This document shows positions 24,301 through 36,300 of a DNA stretch of 49,115 nucleotides, one piece after another. The notes beneath the pieces were generated by a model, which saw nothing but the letters and a program-made list of their open reading frames with translations, did no database searches and was not told the origin of the DNA. A program made the position numbers and the translations under genes. The DNA comes from Octopus bimaculoides (Eukaryota), in the NCBI RefSeq assembly GCF_001194135.2, contig NC_068981.1, positions 54,499,554 to 54,548,668 of the forward strand. Reading direction: 5' to 3'. Position 1 is the first letter of the stretch. Every line of letters starts with the position of its first letter.

Positions 24301-27300
24301 CGTGAAATGCATTGCATTTTATTACATGTTTTTATGTATAGATATCGCATACATATATACGAATGTGTTTGGCTACATTTGCATTTGATGAAAGACTAGC
24401 TATGTACGAGTGGTGGTAGTGTTAGGTATGTAAACAAATTGTCCACTAACTTCACATCTTCAAAGATGTGTAAAATACAGGTAATTAACAACAGGGAGGG
24501 TATGTCTGTAGAACAAGGTTTCAATATATTTGGCTAACCTATGCTAACATGGAAAAACAAACGAAACAAGAGAGCGATTCATAAACATGTGAGTTAAATG
24601 AACTTACCATATCTTCACCTTCAATATTCAAACTCAATCGAAGCATTCTCTCTACTCTACCAGCAAAACCAGCAGTATCAGGAACTAAATAACCTGATCT
24701 CATAGTAGCTGTTTCAAAAAGTATGACAGCTAAATCTTTGGCTGTTGGATCATCTTTATTACTCTGAAAATATAGAGAAGTGAACGTATTGAATGTGGTT
24801 AAATAAAGGAAGTTTAGGAAAAGAGACAACTGTTGAAGTGAATGGGTCTTAATGTGATTTGCATTGTAATTGCAATTGTTGCAAACTAAAATGTCAAATT
24901 TTTGCATGGAAAATGATGAGGACTGTAGTGTTGTACAATCTATATAAAGAGCGTGTATGACAAAATAGTAAATGTACAGCAAGAAGAGCGAGAATGAAGA
25001 AATTGAGCCCTAAAAACATGGATCCAAATAGTGAATGCAGCAGTAACATTGTAAGACTGATTTTGTATCCATAATTTGGTGTTTTATGCAATGTATAGGT
25101 TGGATGAAAATATTTGAATCCAAATCTTATTGAAGAATAGTCATTATAAGTGTTAGGATGACTCACTAAAAGTTGCTATAACAGTCTCTACTTGTTTCAT
25201 AGCTCACTTCTGCTTACACCACTTGTTACTATCAAGCTGAGATGAGGAGAACAAGCTAAATAAAATATTGTGTTAACCTTCATATTTATATCATCAACTT
25301 GCATGGGGCAGGCCATTTAACAAAATTTGCATCAATTCTTATTGGTATTACAGCTATTTTAGATGGGTCAGAAGACCAGGTCTCATTCAAGACATCTATT
25401 GTGGCAAGGTTTCTACAGCTGGCTTCCTTAATTCAAACCACTTTACAGAGTGTACTGGATGATTTTTATTTTTATTGTTGTACCACCAGCACTAGAATGA
25501 TTGTTATACCCTTGGTGAGACTAAAGGAGTCTGCAAAGTTAAATTTAACATCTTGTACACATTTTAACTTTAATGCAAATAAACATACCTCTATTTTTTC
25601 TTTCAACATTTTGATAAGCTTATGTCTGGGATTTATTTCAAGTGTTCTTTTCTGGTTAGCAAAATAGCTGGAAAAAAAAAAAAAATTCTCATATTGAAAT
25701 AAACAAATGTTAATTAGATGTTCAAAATAGCTACACTCATTATTGCCTCAAGTAACTATAACAGGCTAGTAGCAGTGTAATGCATAAGTATGCTTGTTAA
25801 ATCAAAGCTGACTAGTCTGGATACATTCCAGGTTGTGATCATTTCAAAAACACTAACGTAAGTTCTCATTTCTCACACAAATTATTAAATTTATATTCAT
25901 TATGTTTGATAACTGTTTACAAAACCTCAAATAGATGGCTACCACATTTGCATGAAATATCTGATTGATCATGAGATATATATTAGTGTCAAAGAACTAA
26001 AGATATTTAAGGTTTAGATTGTATTTAATACAACTGAAAACTGAGACAACGGACACTAAAAATATTTGCAAAGTAATTTATAAAAGTGCCAATTTAAAAT
26101 TCTTTTGCAACTTACTCCTGTGATGAATCTTTAGCTTTGGCATAGGCTTGGGCTCTCATAATTCTTTCCATGTTGCCAGACCAACCATATTGACTAGCAA
26201 TCAAGGCACACGGGGAGGAAGACAATCTTTCAGAAACTGTAGCTTTTTCAATCTGACAAAGAAAAAATAGGAGTCAAAATACCTCAAAAAGAAAGATCTT
26301 ATATATAAGCTAAATTATTTTGAAAATATTTCAAAAAGATTTTCCACATTATAGGTGCAGGTGTGGCTGTGTGGTAAGAAGCTTGCTTCCCAACTGCATG
26401 GCACCTTGAGCAAATGTCTACTGTAGCCTCGGGCTGACCAAAGCCTTGTGAGTGGATTTGGTAGATGGAAATTAAATGAAGCTCGTTGTGTGTATAGTAA
26501 TAATAATCCATGGATGGAATTTATAAATATCTATCCTACATTATATAAACACAGCTTGGTGAGACCCTAAAAAACTGGTACTGCCATTTGGTATCATTAT
26601 GCTGAAGCCGGTATAATAAAGTAGTTTTTATGTTTCCCGTAAATGAACTTAAAGGAAATGTGTGTGTATGTGTGTATATATATATGCATAATGAGAGTGA
26701 GTGTGTGTGTGTGTGTGTGTATTTGTTCCCCCACCACTGCTTAACAACCAGTGTTGCATCCCTGTAACTTAGTAGTTTAGCAAAATAAGCACTGGGGTAG
26801 AGTGCCCCAGCATGGCTGCATTCTGATGACTGAATCCATTGAACCATTCCCTATATTTCCCTATGAGAGGAAAGTCCAAAACTTTAGATAAAAATTTACC
26901 TGATTGCTCAATGCATCATCTTTCAACCATTTCAGTAGGGGTTCATATTCTTTTTCTAAACTTTCTTTCTTTTCCTTAGCATTTTCAGAATCAGAAAGAG
27001 ATAAACCTTCTTTGGCAACGTTTTGGAATTTTTTGCCTTCAAATTCTGGCAAAGCTTGAATGCAGTATTCATCAACAGGCTCTATTAGATAGAGTACTTC
27101 ATAACCTTTCTTAAGCAGTCGTTCCACAAAAGGTGAATTTTTCACCTGAAACAAAAACAGTTTGTTCAATTTTCATATCAAAACTTTAGGTATTTTTTCA
27201 TCAAGTATTACGTTTGTAGATAACTATGACAGAATATTTGATTCAAACAATAAAAGAACCAGCAGACTTTTCTAGATTGCATCAATGATTTCACACAAAC

Positions 27301-30300
27301 TACAGAGTTAAATGAATCTGGCCTTTACATATTTTAAACGATTTAAAATATTGTTTATCAGAAAGAAAAAAGAAAAAAAGCTAAGCTCTAATATGTATAT
27401 TTCTAACTAAAAGATTAAATGAGATTTAGCAGAAATTTAATGATTTATCAGACAAGCTTTTCATCAAGACAATGGTATGTGCAAATACATTTAGCTAAGA
27501 AATATCTTTGTGGAATTCTATAGAGTATCTATGTAGTAGCAAAACTACATAAATTTCAAACCAACAATCTTAAAAAAGGACAATGTACAGTGTTTTTCCT
27601 AAATATACTGTAACACTATTAGTGTACATGTGTATGCCTTTTCATACTAGAAAGTATGCGGTATAGTTTGGGCAACCATCGAATTAACAACACAAAATAG
27701 ATTGCAATAAAAATGAAAAACTTGGTAGTTGTTTTTCAAGCTTTATATCATTGTTGCTAATATCAGGAACACCATACACAGAACCTTTGCTTGGCTTTTA
27801 TAAGTCTTTAGACTTGAGTGTGTCTCGATTGAGATAAGATGGTTTTATTATTCTTTGATATTCACATAAATTGCCACATATATCAATAAATTCAATATAT
27901 AACTTCACCCATGTAAATGAAAATACAATCCTATCACCTTTTATATATCCAATTTAATCCATACTTTATATGGTTACTATAGTTTTTAACATGTATTTAT
28001 TTGCAGTTATGTTGTAAATCTCATTGATGTACGTGAACATAACTTACCCACACATGTAAATGATGCAAGTTCAATATCAAACTATGTTCTCAGTTGAAAA
28101 TTTTCTATACAAAACTAATATGTAGTTTGCTTGCTTTCATAGCAACAACAGATTATAACAGGATATGCTGCTGTCAAGTGAATGTAATATGACTAGTTTG
28201 CCACAACATTGCATAGTTGAGTGAAAAGCCTCAACATGATCACTGGCTAGAAACAGCAGAGGAAATTTTAAATCTCTATTATCGCAGGTGTAGTTGATCA
28301 GGACTAACCTAAGATTAGGCAACAATGTATGTTGTGTGCACTACCAATTTTATATTAAACAAAAATATAGAACATTGAATTAGCACATAAGTATACCAAG
28401 AGTGAGGGCTAAAATTAAGTCCTCTGCAAATGAAATTATTTTCCATGCCAGCAAAGAAGGCAGGTATAGAAATACATTAAGAAAAGTCTTTTGTTTCATT
28501 GAGAACTCAACCCTTTTGTTACCACACTATTTCTAATGAAACGCACTGCTTGCATTTTAATTTTGAAAAGAATTTGGAGGAATTTATTAATATAGTCTTT
28601 TCATTAAGCTGATGTCTGGAACAAATTGAAAGATAGATGGTTGCAATATAAATATGAACACTTCAAATTGACAATTTTTTTTTTTTTTTACTATGGTCAG
28701 TTTCAGGGATATTGGCATCTAAACAGTTAATTCTTATAATCCCAAAGAAATTGATCATATCAAAAATCTTTGTCCATTATCTCCCACCAAATCTTCATGC
28801 ATACATTTCAAGAATAATAAAGGTTTTCCCAACCTCCTTCTGTGATGCTCCAGCCACAAAATAAATAGCTGCTTGTTTTTCTTTCATTCTTTCCACATAT
28901 TCAGCTAAACTTGTTTGTTCAGTTTCAGAATTGGAAGAATAAAATCGTAGAAGTTTAGCAAGTCTTGTCCTGTTAGATGGATCTTCAATCACTCCAAGTT
29001 TGATGCTAAAAAGGTTAATGGCAAATTTTGTATAACAAAATATAAAACATTTCATAAACTATATATAAATATGTAACAGAAACTATTAAAAGTAATTCTA
29101 CTATAATCCTCTACAGCAACAACATCTTTTGCTATTTTCACTGACAGTGTTCCTGCCTCTCTCAACCATGAGGAAGTATGGCAATGAGAAAAAAAAAAAA
29201 GGTCAATTCTAAATTGATCAAGTTTTACTGTCATGCCCTTCTCTAGGAGCAATATCAGTATCAACATGAATAAACTAAGAGAAACCAGTTCTGCCTGGAA
29301 AAAGACAGAGGAAAGTTTTTAGTCATTCCACCAGAGGTTTTGAAAAGTACGCAAATGCACAAATATTAAAAGTAGGTGCATAGGAAGGCTGACAGACACG
29401 GAGAAGAATTTGAAGTGTGCAAGCAGAAAAACCATTATTTAAAGGTATTCTGAGATAGTGGTGGTTCAGCAAAAAATGCATACTAGAAAACAAAATGTCT
29501 TTGCAATATTCATATATGCATTCAGTTATATTTAACATTTTGTCCATTTAGTGCTAATGGTCTACACAGATTTACTTCTCTCTTAAACTGAACCTTTGGG
29601 TAAGTAGACAGAAACCTAACAGCTGATATACCCATAAAACTTGTGCTAGTGTAAGATAAGTTGTCCTGTCAACTACCTTTTCCCACCTACCATAGACATC
29701 TTTATGCCCAGCGACCACAACCTGCCACTGAAGAGCTGTGAAAATAGGCTTCTTGCTGCAACAGGGTTACTTCATGTAAGTCTAGCTATTTGTAAAACTT
29801 TGCCAAAAACTGAGATGTCTAAGCATTAATAACTCCATCCAGGGGAGATGGGAGCCTTCACACATGTCACATACAACCTCTGCAGCACTGGTAGCATGAT
29901 TTTAGTGTACTTTAGTGTTTCATACTTCTTAAACTTATGAAAACATAGTATCTAGGCAGATAATTTTGAAAATCTGATATATTGGCTTACTTTGTGCTGT
30001 ATTCTTTCCAGAAGCTTGCAAATTCCTCTTTGTCAATTTTCTTAATCATGTCTAATGTCTTACGAACAAGTTTTTTTTTAATGACTTTAAGAAGTTTATG
30101 CTGTTGCAAAGTTTCTCGTGATACATTCAATGGGAGATCATCTGAGTCAACCTGTAACAAAAAAGTAACAATTTGTAGACAAAAGGAAAAAAGAAACATT
30201 TAGTGTTCATCATCATCATCATTTAGCGTCTGTTGTCCATGCTAGTATGGGTTGGTTTGACCAGAGCTGGCAAGTTGGACGGTTGCACCAGACTGATTTG

Positions 30301-33300
30301 GCATGGTTTCTACGCCTGGATGCCCTTCCTAATGCCAACCACTCTGAGAGTGTAATGGGTGCTTTTACGTGCCACGAGTATCTGCCATGATTGCGATTTT
30401 ACTTGGCTTGAGTCTTCTCAAGCATGACAATACCAAAGTTCTTGGTTATTACCTGTGTGAAGCCCAACACTCAAAAGGAGCTTTTCATGTGCTATCAGCA
30501 TTGGACACTTTGCCTCCGTGAGGCCTAATGTGCCACCAGCATGGGTGCCAGTTACACAACACCAGCATCAGCCACAACTATGATTTCACTTGGCTTGACA
30601 GGTCTTCTCAAGCACAGAATATCACCAAAGGTCTCTGTCACTAGGCATTGCCTCTGAGGACCAAAGTTCAGAGATCATGCTTCACCACCTTATCCTATGT
30701 TTTTCTGGGTCTACTTCTACCACAGGTTCTCTATAGTTAGAGATCATCACTTCCTTACATAGCTGTCCTTGTCCATACACATCACATGACCACACCAGCA
30801 CAGTCGTCTATCTTGCACACCACAACTGATGCCTCTTATGCCCAACTTTTCTCTGGATGCTTACACTGTCAAACATGCACACTTACATTGCACATCCAGT
30901 GAAATATACTGGCTTCATTCCTTTCAAGCCTACGCATGTCCTCGGCTCTCACAGCCCATGTTTCACTGCCATGTAGCATAGCTGTTCACATACAGGCATC
31001 ATACAATCTGCCTTTTACTGAGGGAGAGGCCCTTTGTTGCCAGCAGAGGTAGGAGCTCTCTAAACTTTGCCCAGCCTATTCTTAATCTCACAACTATGCT
31101 CTTGGAACATCTACCTTCGCTATTAACTTGGTCACTTAGATAACGGACACTATCTACCACTAGCTTACTCAGCTGACAGTTGATGGAGTCTATTTTCTGT
31201 GTTTATTTTACCTATACATCTTCCACACACAAAAGCTATTTTCCCTGTTAACTTTCTGATAATTACTGCACCTCATATGTCCAAAGCTTACACTGGGTAT
31301 ATCTTATGGAGTTTCTACCTACCCCTTTTCTACAGATCGAGCAGGGCCATCTACCAGAAGGGATTTGTGATTGTCTGCCTTCCTTACTGTTTTTTTGCTA
31401 GGTTAACTCTAAGGCCCTTTGATTCTAGACCTTGCTTCCATACCTGAAACTTCTTTAGTTCTGTTAGTGATTCAGCTATAAGAACAAGGTCATCAGTATA
31501 GAAGAGCTCCCAGGGGCAGCCTGTCTTAAATTCCTGTTATTGCCTAGAGGACTATGATGAACAAGGGGGCTGAGGACCAATCCTTGGTGAACCCACCTTG
31601 TACCCTGAATTCTTTGCTGTACTCATTGCCAACTCTCATTGTACTGGTAGCATTCCTGTACATGGCTTGTACGGTTCTCACCAACCACTTGTCTATCCCT
31701 AGTTTCTGCATTGACCACCAGATAAATTATCGGGGGACCCTGTCAAAGGCTTTCTCCAAGTCAACAAAAGCCAGGTACAAAGGTTTATCTTTGGCTATGT
31801 ATTTCTCCTGCAGCTGCTTTACCAGAAATATAGCATCAGTGGTGATTCTCCCTTGCACAAAACCAAACTGCATCTCATCAAGACTCTCCCTAATTTGTTG
31901 GGCTATGACCCTCTCCATAACTTTCATCACCTAATCCAACAATTTGATACCTCTGTAATTATTTCTATCTAAGGCATCACCTTTACCTTTGTAGCAGTTG
32001 CTACTACACCAGTCATTGGGTATGACTCCTTTGTGAACCACCTGATTTACAATGAGTGACTAGACCGTAACCCACACCAGATATTTTAAGCATCTCAGTG
32101 GTGATTCTTGATGGGTGGGTTGGGGGCTTTCCAGTCTTCATATACTTAATTGCTTTATCTACCAAGGTGCTGTTGATTCAGATAGCTGGTCCCTCAACTG
32201 GGCCAACATTTGGCAAACCCTCCACCTCCCATTCATTCTCCATGTTCAGCAGTCTTTCATAATGGCATTTCCAAGCCTCTTTCTTTGCAGAATCATCAAA
32301 TGCAAGTGTGCTATCATTCATGCAGACACTGTTAAATGAAATTAATGAAAAGGAATAAAACATTTAGTGTTGATTAATGAAAAAAATAAATATACTTACC
32401 ACTCCTGAGACAAAGTTTAAATATTTTGGCATCATATCTTCAAAATCATCAGTAATGAAAACTCTACGAACATACATCTAGTCAAAAAAAAAGTTTTAAA
32501 AGATTAATCAGGTATATGAATAAATGCACAACATGCATATATACAAACGGTTTGAAAAAGAGTTTAAACTTACCTTAATACGGTCAGCTTTCTTTCCATA
32601 ATTGTTGAAAGTATCACTGGGAGAAACTTTGGGCACATATAAGATGGATTTAAATGTGACTTCACCTTCTGCAGTGAAATGAATTTTAGCCATGGGTGGA
32701 GTGAAATCAGAGCTAATAGACTTGTAAAAGGCATTATATTCATCATCAGTTATTTCATTGGGTCTGAAATTTAAAAAATACAAAATCTGTAGAAACTACT
32801 ACATTTTTTCTAACATTAAAAATAGCGAATTAAAAAGATACTTACTTTCTAGTCCAGATGGGTTTTACACTATTTAGTAATTCCCAGTCCCATGTAGTTT
32901 TTTCAACAGTTTTTGTTTTTGGTTTTTCATCCTTTTCTTCTTCAACTTTACCCTCCTCTTCTTCATCTTCCTCTTTTTCTTCAGCTGGCTTCTCTTCTTC
33001 ATCTTCAACTGGTTCTTCAACTTTCTCTGTCTATAATGATTACATTGACAGTATTTTACAATTCAGGAAGGCTAAAGACATCATGCATTTTTGTATGGCA
33101 AAACAATTAATATAAAATTAAACATTAAAAATTTGTGTACCTTGCTGGTCCAAAGGTAAATGTTGAAATTGATAAACTGGCTGTATTTCTTAATTAGGTC
33201 TTTCAATGTATTTTCTTCAAGATAATCATGAGCTTCCTCTTTCAGATGCAAGCTAAACAAAATTAAAAAATACCATTACATCTTTGTTACTGAATTAGAA

Positions 33301-36300
33301 GAAAACCTCTTTGTAACAGATTCAAAAATATATATTGTATTCAGCTGATTCATTGTAAGAATGAATTTTTCTGAGCTTTGTTAAGTGGAAGTAAAAATAC
33401 TAACACAACTAACATTTTCTTCATTAAATATTAGAAGGGATAGAAAAGAAATAGTATGAATGTACCAGTGGTTGGAGCATAGTTTACATGAGATGATAAA
33501 GTGTGGGTTAGAGAAAGCCCATCAATGTACATTGTAATGAAGTAGTCTGACAGAAAACTCATCCAAGAGATGAAAGTTGAATAGAACTCACTGATGTGCA
33601 ATCGAGCTTTAAATCTCAAGCTAGACACAAAGCTTTGTTGCTCTCAATGGCAATATCATTGCTAAAGTGTAACTGTACAGGAATTTTATGAATTGTCAGT
33701 GTGAAAGGAAAGAGGCGAAGTGATGAAGGCAATTTTTCAAAGCTGTTTCTATCATCTTTGCGAATTTGAACACAAAGCAATATGATTGTAGCTCACAGGG
33801 GTCAGTGAAGTTGCTCTTCTCTAAAATGGAACATTGTTAGAAGTTTCCATAGATGAGATAAACTTAAAGAAAACTAGTAAGTGAGGCCAACAACACTAAC
33901 AAAAAAAAAAAAAAAGTTGTGAAACTGACTGAAAAATTTATAAAAGTTCTTTAGTTCTGAAAAGAGAAAAGCTCTTCTCAGAAAAGAAAAGCTATCTAAT
34001 AAAACAAGATACTTGATACTTAGTTACAAGAGACTTTACGTTCAAAAAGCTACAACGAAATTAAAAATGAAATAACATGAAAGAGAAAACAAAAAAAACA
34101 AAAAAAAATCTACAAACAGCAGAAGTTGCATGCACCAGACAAAATGAAAGCTATAAAATAGAAAGGAATTAATTATACTGGACATACCTAATAGTAGTTC
34201 CTCGAGCAAGAGTAGTGCCACGTGGATCTTTTAATACTTGGAAAGAGTCTGAATCAGATTCCCAAATATATTGGTCATCGTCATTATGCTTGGAAGTAAC
34301 CATTACTTTGTCGGCAACTGAAATCAAATTTAAATGGTTTTGATACATATATATATATAGTATGATGAATTAAAATGTTTTAAACATTTTAGTACAGTAA
34401 AATTTAAGCTTTAGTTATTTTTAACAGAGACAAGACCAAATATTTTGGAAGGAAGGTTTATTTAATTAAATCAATCTCTGTAACTGACCAGCACTTACTT
34501 TATCAACCCAGGAAGGATGAAAAGTGAAGCTGGGCTTTGATTTGAACTTGGAACCTAAAGATAAATATTGCAAAGTAATATTTCTGCTATCACAGCCCTT
34601 CCACAAATTACCATGGTTTCTTTAACTTTTTTGATATCGGCCTGTTGGATATTGCTTTAGTTGCTATGACACAAAACTTGTGTTTTAAAGTATTCATATA
34701 GATTGGCTGATCAGTTAATGAGAGACTGTAACAAGTGGCAAGACTACTGAAACAGGTCTGGCCAACCCATACCAACATCAAAAAATGTGTAGAATGGGAT
34801 AGTATCATTTATATTTAAAATTCCTACTACATACCATGTTAAAATAAACTACATATGCCTGTTTATTAGGGCCTAACTTTCTTAGTTTTAAATTAGATTC
34901 ATCACCATCATCATTGTTTAACATCCACTTTCCATGCTGGCATGGGTTGGATGGTTTGACTGAGGGCTGGCAAGCCAGAAGGCTGCACCAGGCTCCAATC
35001 TGATCTGCCAAGGTTTCAACAGCTGGATGCCCTTCCTAACGTCAACCATTTCGAGAGAGTAGTGGGTGCTTTTTACATGTTACCGGCATGAGGGCCAGTC
35101 AGGCGGTACTGGCATTGACCGCGCTTGAATGGTGCTTTTTACGTGCCACTGGCATGGGAGCCAGTCAGGTGGCACTGGTAACAACCATGCTTGAATGGTG
35201 CTTTTTACATGCCACCAGCATGGGAGCCAGCCAGATGGCACTGGCAATGATCAGGCTTGAATGGTGCATTTTATGTGCCACTGGCACAGATTAAAATGAG
35301 ATATTCAGAGGAGAAGAAATTATGCAAAGAGCATGAAGACATTTTTAGTAAATTACATTTTTCAACTCTGGAGTTAAATTACACATAATAGACTTTGAAA
35401 TAGAATTTGGAGAAATTGTTAACTTCATACCACTAGAACTAAGATAACAGCACTCTTTCAACATGGACAGACATATCTAGCATGTAAGAAGGAATTATGT
35501 CATCATGTAGACATTTAGATTCTTAGTGGCTAGACAGGATCAATATGTTTTTTTTGGATGCATATAAGAAACACGAGTTAATGTCGGTGAAATGAGAAAG
35601 GTTGTCTAAAAAGATACAAGAACAAAAGGTGTGTTGGGAGTAAAAGTTTTTAATCAGCTACTCAACAGAAGCAGAACTGTACCCATGACACACCTAGACC
35701 CTTCTAGACTGTCAAGAGACTTATGGGGTTGTTTAGTTTGAACAGTTGTCCCTCAATGGCAAAGATGCAAGTGCTTGCAGTGATTGGTGTCAGATTAGTT
35801 GACAAAAGGAGATATTAAAGGCAAGAGGAAGTAGCTATACTGGAGTAGATGGTATTCAGTTACTAATCCAGAGAACTAGAGGCTACTATAATAATGATGG
35901 AAGAGAGTAAATGATTTGGTGAATATTTGCCTCAAGTGACCTGCTTTTGGGCATGGCACTAGAGTGTTTCTTGCAATGCACAGCTTAATTCTTACAAAGC
36001 AAACCCATGATTAAAAGCTTTCCAATTCTAACTATTGCCATTTCGTCTTTCAAAGATTACATTGTCCAAAGATTACATTTAAGTTGATAGTGATTTGAGA
36101 GAAATTTGGCTATGATTTTTTGGCAAGTTTAGTAATCATATACAGGATATGGCTAATTAGATGTGCATGAGAGCAGCTGCATTATATCAGACATGTGAAC
36201 AGTTCTTTAGTATGACTCGAGGTTTATAGCGATCAATTGATCAAAGCTGAAGTAATTTTTAGCCCTGAAAATGAAGCTTAAATTTGAGGGTGTAGTTTTT

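Noticed and set aside
24894-25166. 90-aa hydrophobic ORF in intron 15, sense to the gene
   Set aside because: No recognisable homology or splice signals; expected by chance in AT-rich DNA.
35090-35290. Regular repeats superficially like a CRISPR array
   Set aside because: Eukaryotic context; the whole unit is repeated with no unique spacers, and it is part of a LINE UTR.
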